Shown here one piece after another: positions 8,855 to 17,819 of a stretch of DNA of 64,000 nt (its first letter is position 1; each line of letters begins with the position of its first letter). The stretch lies in contig JBEKCB010000006.1 in the NCBI GenBank assembly GCA_050015075.1, positions 15,811 through 79,810 on the forward strand, given 5' to 3'. This DNA comes from Candidatus Brocadiia bacterium. GTDB lineage: Bacteria; Planctomycetota; Brocadiia; CAIUPP01. Made by a program: the position numbers and the translations under genes. The notes below the pieces were generated by a model. That model worked only from the letters and a program-made list of their open reading frames with translations, ran no database searches and was not told the origin of the DNA.

Positions 8855-11784
8855 TCGTCGCTCCTCTTGTCAAAAATGGTGAAGAAGAAAGTCGTTCCCT
8901 CTCCGGGCTGCGACTCAAACCAGATTCTACCAGAATGCCGTTCAACAATCTTCTTGCACACGGCAAGGCCGATCCCCGTGCCGGGATACTCAAGGCGCGA
9001 ATGGAGTCGCTGAAAGATCAGAAAAATCCGGTCATGATACTTCGGCTCGATGCCGATCCCGTTGTCGCGGACGCTGAATACCCATGCGTCTTTCTCCCGC
9101 CTGGCCCCGATGTGGATGTCCGGCGCGCGTGGACCGTGGAACTTGATGGCGTTGCCGACGAGGTTCTGCAGCAATTGAACCATTTGGGACGGGTCGGCCG
9201 CGATCGTCGGCAGCGGATCGCTGCGAATGACCGCGCGGCTCGCCTCGATGGCGGCGCTCAGGTTGCCCACGGCGTCGTCCAGCGCCTGCTTCATGTCCAC
9301 AGGCGTGCGGGCTCCGCCCCGGGAGCCTACGCGCGAGTAGGTCAGCAGGTCGTTGATCAGCGCCTGCATCCGTTCGGCCCCCTCGACGACATGGCCGATG
9401 TACTTCTGGCCGTCGGCATCCAGCCTGTCCTTAAGCTGCTGCTTGAGAAGGGACGCGAAGCCACCCACGGCCCTGAGCGGCTCCTGGAGGTCATGGGAGG
9501 CGACGTAGGCAAACTGCTCAAGGTCCTTGTTGGAGCGCGACAACTCGGCCGCGGTCTTCTCCAGTTCCGAGGTCCGCTGCTTGACCAGTTCCTCCAGTTG
9601 AAGGCGGTATCGGGCCAACTCCTGTTCCATCTTGTTCCGCTCTGTGACATCGCGGGCGGCGGCGAAAACGCCTTGCACTTCGCCGGCCTCATTCCGGTAA
9701 ATCGTGGCGTTGTACAGGACATCGGCGGTGCGGCCGGCACTGTGACGGACCGTCAGAGGGTAGTCGCGCACAAAACCGTCCGATAGCACCTTCCGATACC
9801 CCGCGCCGGCCCTTTCGGGATCGGTGAAGTAGCTGGAGAAATCGGTGCCGATCAGACGCTGGCGCGGAATGCCCGTGGCTTCCTCCGTCGCCTTGTTCAC
9901 GTCGGTGATCTTTCCGTCAGGGCTGATGGTGACCAGCGGGTCGAGGCTGGCTTCGAGCAGGCTGCGGGCGTAGAGCGAGGCGACGCGCAGTTGGGCCTCC
10001 ATCCGGTTGTGTTCAGTCACGTCGCGGGCGGCGGCGAACACGCCCTGCACCGCGCCCGCTTCGTTGCGATAAACCGTGGCGTTATACAGCACGTCGGTGG
10101 TGCGGCCGGAGGCGTGGCGGACGGTCAGCGGATAATCGCGCACCGTGCCGTCGCGCAGCACTTGCTGGTAACCGGCGTTGGCCTTCGATGGCTCGGTGAA
10201 GTAGTCGGAGAAGTGGGTGCCGACGAGTTGCGCGCGTGGCACACCCGTCGCCGACTCCGTCGCCGCGTTGACGTCGGTGACGTTTCCATCGGGGCTGATG
10301 GTGACCAGCGGGTCAAGGCTGGCTTCGAGCAGGCTGCGGGCGTAAAGGGCTGTCGCGCGCAACTCCTCCGTGCGCTCAACCACACGCTTTTCGAGCGTCA
10401 GGTTCATCTCGCGCAACGCCTCCTCGGCGGACTTTTGCCGGGTGATGTCGGTGCTGACTTCCAGGATGTCCAGCGGCTTGCCGCGTTCATCGCGGCGCAG
10501 TGCCCAGAGGAGCGCCACAGGAATCCGGGTCCCGTCCTTGGTGCGGCGAGTCACTTCGCCTTCCCAGCGGCCGTTCAACTCCAGATCGGCGTGAATCTGC
10601 TCCAGCGGCCGGTCGAAATGCGTCTGCAGCAATTCTGAAGCAGGCTTGCCCTCGGTCTCCTCGGCATCATAGCCATAAAGCCTGCGGTTACCATCGCTCC
10701 AGCGGATGATGCGGTCATCCAGACTCCGGGCCAACAGGTTGCCGAGGTTCACCAGGGCCAGTTCCTTTTCCTGCGCGGCGCCGACGACTTCGGCTACGCG
10801 GGCGCGGCGCAAGCGCTCCGCCAGGAGGCTCAGGAAAATGCCTGCGCCGGCAAAGATGCCCAACGATACAGCGTCGGCCGCATGGGCGATACTGAACGAC
10901 CCTGTCGGCGCAACGAACCAATAGTCGGCTGCCAGCACGGTCAGGACCGTGGCCACGACTCCTGGTCCGCCGCCGGCGACCGTCGCCGCCAGGAGGACCG
11001 CCGGATAGAAGGTGATGAACATGGGCACAGGCCCGACATGCTGCTCCAACCAGCTTTTCAGCCAGGCGGCCAGGGCAATGACCGCCGCCGCGAAGGCGTA
11101 CCGGACGGCGGTTCCGGGCCATTTCCTGCCGGCGCCGCCTAATCGCAGATTACGATCTGCCAGCCGCACCGTGCGTATGAGGATGACCCCCGCAACCCCC
11201 AGAATGGCCAGCGACAGCAGCACGCCCAAGCCCAGCGTCAGCATGCTTTGCCGGGCGACCTTGCCGGCATCGCGACTCCGCGCGTCCAGCAAACGGTTCT
11301 CACGCTGCTCCATCACCGCGACGAGGTCCCGGATTTCGTCCGTGATGCGCTCGCCTTTCCCGCTGCTAATGATCGGCAAGGCCGCCTCCAAGCCGCCTTC
11401 CCTGCGATGCTGGATGAAATCCTTAAGAATATCGAGTTTTTCGCTGCAAAGCTTCTGAAGTTGCTCAAGGTCTCTCTGTTGATCGGGGTTGTCCCGGGTC
11501 AAGTATTTGACCGAGGCGACGTCGTTCTGAAACTCCGCGATGGCCGAGTCATACGGCGCCAGGAATTGCGCATCGCCGGTCAGAACAAAGCCTCGCGCGC
11601 CGGTTTCGGCCATCATGACCACCGATTGAACGCGCTCCAGGTTCTGCAGCACCTCGTGAGTATGGTCCACCCAGTCCTTGCTCTCGGTCAACCGCTGGAT
11701 AACCAGGTAGGATCGGACGCCCACGAAGCTGATGATCAGCAGCCCCAGGATTAACGCGACGGTGATTTTCGCTCCAAGTTTCAT
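8851..11784 (-). CDS. multi-domain sensor histidine kinase (CHASE3-like N-terminus, membrane DUF4118-like segment, three PAS domains, HisKA, HATPase_c)
   Basis: 977 aa. It has an N-terminal TM segment plus a CHASE3-type region ([15 protein letters not shown]...[12 protein letters not shown]). A membrane block follows ([21 protein letters not shown]...DYWFVAP). There are three PAS units, the last two near-identical. The H-box is [16 protein letters not shown], with N and G boxes NLVGNAIKF and DNGIGI...GTGIGLAV. Confidence 0.85.
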   Translation of the reverse strand: MKLGAKITVALILGLLIISFVGVRSYLVIQRLTESKDWVDHTHEVLQNLERVQSVVMMAETGARGFVLTGDAQFLAPYDSAIAEFQNDVASVKYLTRDNPDQQRDLEQLQKLCSEKLDILKDFIQHRREGGLEAALPIISSGKGERITDEIRDLVAVMEQRENRLLDARSRDAGKVARQSMLTLGLGVLLSLAILGVAGVILIRTVRLADRNLRLGGAGRKWPGTAVRYAFAAAVIALAAWLKSWLEQHVGPVPMFITFYPAVLLAATVAGGGPGVVATVLTVLAADYWFVAPTGSFSIAHAADAVSLGIFAGAGIFLSLLAERLRRARVAEVVGAAQEKELALVNLGNLLARSLDDRIIRWSDGNRRLYGYDAEETEGKPASELLQTHFDRPLEQIHADLELNGRWEGEVTRRTKDGTRIPVALLWALRRDERGKPLDILEVSTDITRQKSAEEALREMNLTLEKRVVERTEELRATALYARSLLEASLDPLVTISPDGNVTDVNAATESATGVPRAQLVGTHFSDYFTEPSKANAGYQQVLRDGTVRDYPLTVRHASGRTTDVLYNATVYRNEAGAVQGVFAAARDVTEHNRMEAQLRVASLYARSLLEASLDPLVTISPDGKITDVNKATEEATGIPRQRLIGTDFSSYFTDPERAGAGYRKVLSDGFVRDYPLTVRHSAGRTADVLYNATIYRNEAGEVQGVFAAARDVTERNKMEQELARYRLQLEELVKQRTSELEKTAAELSRSNKDLEQFAYVASHDLQEPLRAVGGFASLLKQQLKDRLDADGQKYIGHVVEGAERMQALINDLLTYSRVGSRGGARTPVDMKQALDDAVGNLSAAIEASRAVIRSDPLPTIAADPSQMVQLLQNLVGNAIKFHGPRAPDIHIGARREKDAWVFSVRDNGIGIEPKYHDRIFLIFQRLHSRLEYPGTGIGLAVCKKIVERHSGRIWFESQPGEGTTFFFTIFDKRSDE

Positions 11785-11880
11785 TTAGAGTTCTCCAAGG
11801 CCATCGAACTCCTCTCTAACGTCCAGACCTGCGCTGCGACAAACGACGAGGGGTTGTACGGTCGCTGATTTCGCGCATGG

Positions 11881-12063
11881 TCATGCGGTCCTCGTTCTTT
11901 CCGGACGGGCGCCACAGTTTCCCGCCGGAAGATTGCGTGATACCGCGACGCTTTCCGCCAGCACGCGGAAGCTTTTTTCACTGCCTGGCGCGGACGCGCA
12001 AGATCCGGTTTTTACGTTCGCTGCCTTCGCACGCGCGCCATTCCTGGACTTGTTCGTTTGCAT
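11881..12063 (-). CDS. possible small basic hypothetical protein
   Basis: 60 aa ORF (MQTNKSRNGARAKAANVKTG...) with a well-placed AAGGAG SD 7 nt upstream of the ATG. It has no recognisable family and sits in the 650-bp gap between ssrA and the kinase operon. Confidence 0.2.
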   Translation of the reverse strand: MQTNKSRNGARAKAANVKTGSCASAPGSEKSFRVLAESVAVSRNLPAGNCGARPERTRTA

Positions 12064-12346
12064 GGCTGGGTTCTCCTTTCAGGCGCTTCACATTGCTGAA
12101 TGTGCCGATGCCACGAGCTTTCCCCTGCCCGGCGACGCCGACGTCAGCGCGATTATCCCACAATTGCGTTCGTTGATCCAACATGGAAGGCGGCCTCATC
12201 GGCGTCATGCCGGCGCCTCGCAGCGGGGTTTGTCCTATGCGAAGAGCGGGGAGACACCCGATTGTTTGCCGCCGTCGCTCTGCTAGAATGCCGGACGTGG
12301 GGCGAGAACTGGACGTCGGGGAATGCGGGGGCAAACCCGGACGGCC

Positions 12347-12392
12347 GGATAAAAGCAAGACGGCTCGACGTGAAGACGTCGAGCCGTCTTGC
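12347..12392 (-). terminator. rho-independent terminator downstream of ssrA
   Basis: Perfect hairpin GCAAGACGGCTCGACGT / ACGTCGAGCCGTCTTGC (12355-12392) with a GAAG loop. On the minus strand it is followed by TTTTAT. Confidence 0.75.
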
Positions 12393-12443
12393 CTTCCAGG
12401 ATAAGGAAAAGGGCACTCGCGTCAGCAAGCGCCCTTCTCGCAT

Positions 12444-12805
12444 TGGTGGAGGCGGGGGGAATCGAACCCCCGTGCCGTGGCACTTCAACAGAAGCTTCTA
12501 CGTGTGTGTTCCATCATTTGTCTTTTCTAGACCCTCAGGACTCCGATGGACAGGATTCCAGTTGGACCCGAGCCCGGACTTATCATTTCCCCACAACCCC
12601 GCCAGGCAGAAGGTTGCAAGTAGCCTGCTCTTGTCGCCCATTCCGGCCTCGCAGGCAAGACCGGATGAGCGTCGCAGCTAATTAGGCTGCGAGAGAGTAG
12701 TGCGTTTCAGCACTTAGTGTTTTTGCCGGGTGTTTAACGAGGCCTCCCGACAACCTCGACACGCCACTCCTGCATCATATTGCCCGGTCGAAGCCTTTCG
12801 CCCCC
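12444..12805 (-). ncRNA. ssrA: tmRNA (transfer-messenger RNA)
   Basis: On the minus strand the 5' end GGGGGCGAAAGGCTTCGAC pairs with the 3' end ...GGGGGTTCGATTCCCCCCGCCTCCACCA. This gives an acceptor stem with the G3:U identity pair, a T-arm GTTCGATTC and a terminal CCA. The internal tag ORF GCT GAA ACG CAC TAC TCT CTC GCA GCC TAA encodes AETHYSLAA, a canonical ..LAA degradation-tag ending. Confidence 0.92.
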
Positions 12806-12865
12806 GGACAACCCGCAGAGGATCCGCTGCTGAAGCGAAAATTCCTCAACAGCGGTCTTGATCTG

Positions 12866-12894
12866 ATTATATAGCGCCGCGACAGTTTTTGCAA
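12866..12894 (-). promoter_or_regulatory. sigma70-type promoter for ssrA precursor
   Basis: On the minus strand: TTGCAA (12889-12894), 17 nt spacer, TATAAT (12866-12871). It lies about 60 nt upstream of the mature tmRNA 5' end, consistent with RNase P processing of a leader. Confidence 0.55.
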
Positions 12895-12936
12895 AAGCGC
12901 CGGCCCGTTTTCGCGAGCGCGGAAGAGCTTTCGCGG

Positions 12937-13272
12937 TCACTCGAGGAGCACGTTCAGCTTCTGGAGAACGTCCTGCACGGCGGCTTCGGGCAACTCACAG
13001 CAGAGGGTTGCTCTTCTGGCGTGCCAGTCGAGACTCTTGACCTGATCGGAAAGCACGACTCCCGTGAGCTTGAGGCCGGTCGGTATTTGGACTTCAAACG
13101 GATAGCCCTTGGCGTGACTGGTCACAGGGCAAAACAAAGCCAGGCCGACCTTTCGGTTGTACGCCTCGGGCGACAGAACCAATGCGGGACGACGCCCTAC
13201 CTGCTCGTGACCCGCTTGAGGATCGAATGCCAGCCAGACTATGTCGCCCCGTTTCGGACAATAGGCGGCCAT
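12937..13272 (-). CDS. mazF: type II toxin, MazF/PemK-family endoribonuclease
   Basis: 111 aa: PKRGDIVWLAFDPQAGHEQVGRRPALVLSPEAYNRKVGLALFCPVTSHAKGYPFEV...VVLSDQVKSLDW is the classic PemK/MazF pattern. Confidence 0.88.
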   Translation of the reverse strand: MAAYCPKRGDIVWLAFDPQAGHEQVGRRPALVLSPEAYNRKVGLALFCPVTSHAKGYPFEVQIPTGLKLTGVVLSDQVKSLDWHARRATLCCELPEAAVQDVLQKLNVLLE

Positions 13273-13514
13273 TACAACGTCTCCCGGCCCACAGGCATGC
13301 CCGCATCAATTTCTCGGTGCAGATTCTTCTTCGTCACATTCTTGAGCAATTCATCAAGCCGATAACGCCCGCGTCGAGTCCGGGCGACCACGATCTTTCC
13401 GTCTCGAACCGAGATGTCCACCGCGGAACCGGAGGTCAGCCGGGCATCCCTCGCGTACGAGCGGGGAATCCGCACCGCCAGACTATTACCCCATTTCTGA
13501 ACTTTCGCAACCAT
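13272..13514 (-). CDS. mazE: type II antitoxin, MazE/AbrB (SpoVT) family
   Basis: MVAKVQKWGNSLAVRIPRSYARDARL...VDISVRDGKIVV is an AbrB/MazE swapped-hairpin motif. ATG at 13514 has a GAGGA SD; the track's longer TTG start at 13526 is rejected. Its stop overlaps the mazF start by 1 nt. Confidence 0.85.
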   Translation of the reverse strand: MVAKVQKWGNSLAVRIPRSYARDARLTSGSAVDISVRDGKIVVARTRRGRYRLDELLKNVTKKNLHREIDAGMPVGRETL

Positions 13515-13614
13515 GTCTGTCCTCAATAATGTATCTACAATGAGGATACACTACGCATCGCGATAACGCAAGCCGCGCCGGCCCGCCACTGTCGCCTGCC
13601 GCGCCTCCGCCGCC

Positions 13615-14979
13615 CTACTGGGCCGCCTTGACGCGCTGGTCCTGAACTTCGACCGGACAGCCGGTGAAGGTGTTGCCCTCCAGCGTGATGGCCTCCGCCA
13701 CCGGGCTGATGCGGATGGCGATCTTTTGCTTTCCATCCCTGCTGTTCTCGAAGCGGCAGTTGACGATGGTGAGTTGGCGGGTTTTCCCCCTGATGTCCAC
13801 GCCGTACTCCCCTTCCGCGCCGCCATTGTCGCGAATCAAACAGCCTTCGATGCGATTGCGGTCGCCCTGGCGATTCTCACCGGGCTCTTCGCGGAATAGC
13901 ACGCCCACCTCGCCGTTGCGCTCGATGATGCAGTTGCGCATGACGTTGTCCGTGTCCCGGTGGCCGAAGTTCGTGCCGAACTTGAGGTTCTCGGACAACG
14001 TGCAGTCCTCGGCCAGGCCGTCGCAGGCCGCCCAGCACCAGTAGAGTCCCTGCGAGTTGCGTTTCGCGATGCAGCCCTTGAAGACCGGCCGCTGCGAGCC
14101 GCTGCCCGGATGGAAACCCAGGTCGCCGTTGTTGAGCGCCTGGCAGTTCTCGAAGTGCCAGTCGTCGCAGACCTGGAAGCTGAACCCGTCGCCGTTGAAG
14201 TCGCGAGCGGTCACGTTCCGGAACGTCCAGTGATTGCAGTACAGCCCGTAGCAGGCCCCGCCGTAGTTGTCGTTCAGCCGCGCATTCCCTGCGCGGTTTC
14301 CGTCGAGGACGATATCCTCGACCGTCACGTTATCCACGCTGCGCCCGTACAGGATGGAAAAGAGCGTCTCGACCTTCGCCCCTTCCTCCATCCAGAAATC
14401 CTTCTCGGTGCGCCGGTCCAGGTACAGAACGTTCTCGCGGATCGCCGTGACCGTGAAGAGCTGCACCTCGGTCACGTCATGCTCCGAGTCCGCCTGCTTA
14501 TTTTGGACGGCGATCCCGCAGCCGACGGTGAACCCTTTCGGGTCGGCCACCTGGAGGCAGTACTCGAACCAGTCGGCTTCGCGGACGACCGGCGAAGTGA
14601 CGCTGGGCGCTTTTTTCAGGACGGTCGTGTCGCCGGACCCGCGCAGCGTGATGCCCGGATGCAGGAAGATGGAGTTGCGCATCGTGTATGTGCCGGGAAG
14701 GACGCGGACGGTGCCGCCGCCGAGGCGGTAGACGTAGTCCATCGCGGCCTGGATGACCTTGTCGTCATTGCCCTGCAAGTCGCCTTCTCCCTGGCCGACC
14801 GTGACCTCCATTCGCTGCGGGTTGCGGATCGGCCGCATCGTGTTGAAATCAGCGGGCAGGTTCCGGGACATTCCTTTGGACTCCTTCATATCGGCCGCCA
14901 TCACGCTCGCCTGCGCGCCGGCGCAGAACAGTGCAAGCGCCAGCCATCCAATGCGTCTCGCGTCAATACTCGACTTCAT
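13615..14979 (-). CDS. secreted right-handed parallel beta-helix repeat protein (paralog 1)
   Basis: ATG 14979 with a GGAGAGGAAAG SD. Signal peptide MKSSIDARRIGWLALALFCAGAQA. Repetitive ...NV/NC..x..N.. beta-helix rungs (TFRNVTARDFNGDGFSF, HFENCQALNNGDLGFH, MRNCIIERNGEVGV, IVNCRFENS). Highly similar to 16155..17519. Confidence 0.7.
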   Translation of the reverse strand: MKSSIDARRIGWLALALFCAGAQASVMAADMKESKGMSRNLPADFNTMRPIRNPQRMEVTVGQGEGDLQGNDDKVIQAAMDYVYRLGGGTVRVLPGTYTMRNSIFLHPGITLRGSGDTTVLKKAPSVTSPVVREADWFEYCLQVADPKGFTVGCGIAVQNKQADSEHDVTEVQLFTVTAIRENVLYLDRRTEKDFWMEEGAKVETLFSILYGRSVDNVTVEDIVLDGNRAGNARLNDNYGGACYGLYCNHWTFRNVTARDFNGDGFSFQVCDDWHFENCQALNNGDLGFHPGSGSQRPVFKGCIAKRNSQGLYWCWAACDGLAEDCTLSENLKFGTNFGHRDTDNVMRNCIIERNGEVGVLFREEPGENRQGDRNRIEGCLIRDNGGAEGEYGVDIRGKTRQLTIVNCRFENSRDGKQKIAIRISPVAEAITLEGNTFTGCPVEVQDQRVKAAQ

Positions 14980-15083
14980 GGACACTTTCCTCTCCAACGC
15001 ACAACTTTCGTGTGGGCCGTTGCCGCTTCAGCCGGGATTCCTCGTTTGACCGTCCAACAAAGGGCAGTCAGTTTTCGTGCGTG

Positions 15084-15112
15084 AGACTACGCTGTCGAGT
15101 TGCCCCTGTCAA
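15084..15112 (-). promoter_or_regulatory. candidate sigma70 promoter of beta-helix paralog 1
   Basis: Minus strand: AAGCTGC-TTGACA (15107-15112), 17 nt, TAGTCT (15084-15089). The AAGCTGCTTGACAG block is conserved upstream of paralog 2. Confidence 0.4.
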
Positions 15113-15142
15113 GCAGCTTCCCGTCAGCCCGCCGCTTCTCCT

Positions 15143-15232
15143 GTCATTCCCGCGAAGGCGGGAATCCAGGCGTTTCCGTGCGCGGCTTGCCGGCCGAAGG
15201 AGAGTTCCGGATTCCCGTTTCGGTGAAATGGC
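15143..15232. repeat. MITE/REP-like inverted-repeat element (GTCATTCCCGCGAAGGCGGGAATCCAG arm family), second arm degenerate
   Basis: The left arm GTCATTCCCGCGAAGGCGGGAATCCAG (15143-15169) is itself a hairpin. The right arm CGGATTCCCGTTTCGGTGAAATG (about 15208-15231) is a decayed inverted copy. An intact copy lies at 45886..45962. Confidence 0.6.
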
Positions 15233-15526
15233 CTAATTCATTGCAGTAACATCTCTTGTGACACACTGGGTTCGTTTTTTTCAAATCGTCTTTTGCGCAT
15301 CATCTCTCCGCCCCTCAGCAGGTTGCGACTTCTCATCTCGCATATCAGAAAGAAAGGTCTCTCGCAAAGACGCAAGGAGCGCCAAGAACGGCATATTCAG
15401 GTTGTTTTTAGTTCTTTGTGCTCTTAGCGTCTTGGCGAGATCATTCCGTTCTTCATGCGGACGTCAATCGCAATTGAGCAGGCGTTATTATAACACCGGA
15501 TATTCGGCGCGGAGCGGTCAGGGCAA

Positions 15527-15614
15527 ATGAGTGCGCCTGCGAGCGGTTTCAGTGCGCTTGGAAGCGGTTTAAGTGCGCTTCAGTGCGCTTCGGAGCGGGT
15601 TGAGTGCGCTTTTT
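15527..15614. repeat. short tandem array of five AGTGCGC(T/C)T motifs
   Basis: aatGAGTGCGCCtgcgagcggtttcAGTGCGCTTggaagcggtttaAGTGCGCTTcAGTGCGCTTcggagcgggttgAGTGCGCTTttt. It is intergenic and no ORF explains it. Confidence 0.7.
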
Positions 15615-15717
15615 CCGGCGAGTTCCGTTTGACAGAGCCGCAACTCGTCAGCGACGGCCCCGTACTTCCGCGACTGGCACGCGATCAATGCTCTTGACGA
15701 GTTAAATTGATGGTGAT

Positions 15718-16008
15718 ATGCTCCTTTCTGTAGTTTGCGGGAAAGTCTCGTGGTCAGATCGGCCTTGTTGCGAGGCGGGGTTCTTGGACCTTCAGGGCGT
15801 TCTTGAGGCGTTGCGACGGCAGCCGTTTGAGCCTTTTGCAATCTCATTGGCTGACGGCCGCAGTCTGCGCGTCACGCATCCCGAGGCTGTAGCGGTTGGA
15901 AGGCGCCGCATTATCGTTGTCAACCCGGACGACTCGTGGACGGTCATCGAGCCTTTGCTGATCGAGTCGTTGGATTACAACGGCGCTCACCGCAAGCGGC
16001 GAAATTAA
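15718..16008 (+). CDS. small hypothetical protein (start uncertain; in-frame TTG at 15784 possible)
   Basis: 96 aa ORF. The C-terminal two thirds look protein-like: VLEALRRQPFEPFAISLADGRSLRVTHPEAVAVGRRRIIVVNPDDSWTVIEPLLIESLDY. A decayed copy of its 3' end occurs at 18571..18641. Confidence 0.4.
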   Translation: MLLSVVCGKVSWSDRPCCEAGFLDLQGVLEALRRQPFEPFAISLADGRSLRVTHPEAVAVGRRRIIVVNPDDSWTVIEPLLIESLDYNGAHRKRRN

Positions 16009-16045
16009 TGGCCCTCGCACTTGCCGGCGGGGCCTGAGCCTGTCG

Positions 16046-16102
16046 CCCTCGTCCTCGGTCGTGCAGATGAGCAGTTCGAGGACGACGACGACGACGAGGA
16101 CG
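16046..16102. repeat. hairpin-forming GTCCTCG / CGAGGAC repeat (copy 1)
   Basis: CCCTCGTCCTCGG - 19 nt loop - TCGAGGACGACGACGACGACGAGGACG. The arms are reverse complements. It sits between convergent gene ends, and a related copy lies at 18673..18729. Confidence 0.55.
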
Positions 16103-16154
16103 CGTACGATGCGATTCCCGCCTGGTCATTCATACCTGTATACGCCCCGCTGTG

Positions 16155-17519
16155 CTACTTGGCCGGTTTGACGCGCTGATCCAGGACCTCGACGGGGCAA
16201 TCGGTAAAGGTGTTGCCTTCCAGCGTGATTCGTTCCGCCTCGGGGCTGATGCGGATGGCGACTTTTTGCTTGCCGTCCTTGCTGTTCTTGAAGCGGCAGT
16301 TGACGATGGTGATGTCGCGCGTCCTGCCCTGAATGTCCACGCCGCAGTCGCCCAGGGCGCCGCCGTTGTCGCTGATCGCGCAGCCCTCGAGGCGGTTGCG
16401 GTCGCCCTGGCGGTTCTCGCCCTGTTCGATCCGGAAATTGACGCCCGATTTGCCGTTGCGCTCGATGGCGCAATTGCGGAGGACGTTGTCGGTGTCCCTG
16501 TGGCCGAAGTTCGTCCCGTACCGGATGTTGTCGGACAATGTGCAGTCCTCGGCCAGGCCGTCGCAGGCCGACCAGCACCAGTAGAGCCCCTCGTAGTTCC
16601 CCTTCGCGACGCAGCTCTTGAAGGTCGGCCGCTGCGATCCGCTGCCGGGATGGAAGCCCAGGACCGTGTTGTTGAGCGACCGGCAGTTCTCGAAACGGAA
16701 GTCGTTGCTGCCCTGGAAGCTGAATCCGTCGCCGTTGAAGTCGTGCGCGATCACGTTCCGGAAGCTCCAGCGATTGCAGTTCTGCGCGAAAGCGGCGCAG
16801 CCGTAGTTGTCGTCCAGTTTCGCATTCTCGGCGCGGCTTCCGTCGAGGACGATGTCCTCGACCGATACGTCATTCACGTCGCGCCCGTAAAGGATGGAGA
16901 AGAGCGTCTGGACCTTGGCCTCGGTCTCCATCCAGTAATCCTTCTCGCAGTGGCGGTCGAGGTACAGGACATTTCCCTGGATCGCCGTGACGGTGTAGAA
17001 GGCGATCTCCGTTATGTCATGCTCCGCGGCCGACGGCTTGTTCTGGACGCAAATCCCGCAGCCGACGGTGAACCCTTTCGGGTCGGCCACCTGGAGGCAG
17101 TACTCGAACGCGTCGGCGTCGCGGGTGAGCGACGTGCTGACGCTGGGCGCTTTCTTGAGGATGGTCTTGTCGCCGGAGCCGCGCAAGGTGATGCCCGGCC
17201 GGAGGAAGATGGAGTTGCGCATCATGTACGAGCCGGGGAGCACGCGGACCGCGCCGCCGCCCAGGCGGAAAACGTAGTCCACCGCCGCCTGGATGACCTT
17301 GTCGTCATTGCCCTGCAGGTCTCCTTCACCCTGGCCGACGGTGATCTCCATTCGCTGCGGCTTGCGGATCGGGCGCATAGTGCTGAAATCGGCGGGCAGG
17401 TTCTGTGACATTCCTTTGGGCTCCTTCATATCGGCTGCCATCGCGTCCACCGGCGCGCCGGCGCACACAAACGCTAGCGCCAGCCATCCGATAGGCCTCG
17501 CGACTATGCTCGATTTCAT
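16155..17519 (-). CDS. secreted right-handed parallel beta-helix repeat protein (paralog 2)
   Basis: ATG 17519 with a GGAGAGGAAGCG SD. Signal peptide MKSSIVARPIGWLALAFVCAGAPV. Collinear with paralog 1 over its whole length. Confidence 0.7.
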   Translation of the reverse strand: MKSSIVARPIGWLALAFVCAGAPVDAMAADMKEPKGMSQNLPADFSTMRPIRKPQRMEITVGQGEGDLQGNDDKVIQAAVDYVFRLGGGAVRVLPGSYMMRNSIFLRPGITLRGSGDKTILKKAPSVSTSLTRDADAFEYCLQVADPKGFTVGCGICVQNKPSAAEHDITEIAFYTVTAIQGNVLYLDRHCEKDYWMETEAKVQTLFSILYGRDVNDVSVEDIVLDGSRAENAKLDDNYGCAAFAQNCNRWSFRNVIAHDFNGDGFSFQGSNDFRFENCRSLNNTVLGFHPGSGSQRPTFKSCVAKGNYEGLYWCWSACDGLAEDCTLSDNIRYGTNFGHRDTDNVLRNCAIERNGKSGVNFRIEQGENRQGDRNRLEGCAISDNGGALGDCGVDIQGRTRDITIVNCRFKNSKDGKQKVAIRISPEAERITLEGNTFTDCPVEVLDQRVKPAK

Positions 17520-17597
17520 GGACCGCTTCCTCTCCAACACTTCAGCCGCGATTTCCCGTCCAACCGTCCTCCAAAGCCCGGCCTCCTTTGGAGCGCG

Positions 17598-17626
17598 AGA
17601 TTACATGGTCGAATTACCGCTGTCAA
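17598..17626 (-). promoter_or_regulatory. candidate sigma70 promoter of beta-helix paralog 2
   Basis: Minus strand: AAGCTGC-TTGACA (17621-17626), 17 nt, TAATCT (17598-17603). The -35 context matches paralog 1. Confidence 0.4.
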
Positions 17627-17819
17627 GCAGCTTGCGTCAGTGGGCTTTTTCCGGCGAACTGCACTTGACAGGCTGATGTGATATCCGACTTGTCCGCCGT
17701 AGCCCTGAGCGCAGCCGAAGGGGCGAAGACGGATTAGCGAGTCCGGCGGCGAACTGTCAAGATGCGGACAATAGCCGGCGATGCGTACAGGAAAAAGGCC
17801 GAGAAAACGCGGCCCACGC

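Noticed and set aside
11785-12443. Genomic island or integrase remnant at the tmRNA 3' end.
   Set aside because: There is no integrase or transposase ORF. The only sequence faintly resembling the tmRNA 3' end (GGGGAATGCGGGGGCAAACCC, about 12318-12340) is too divergent to call an attachment-site repeat.
15527-15614. Possible CRISPR array. The tandem repeats at 37434..37650 and 45386..45767 were also considered.
   Set aside because: The repeats are either too short and irregular or directly abutting. They lack unique, similar-length spacers, and there are no cas genes in the window.
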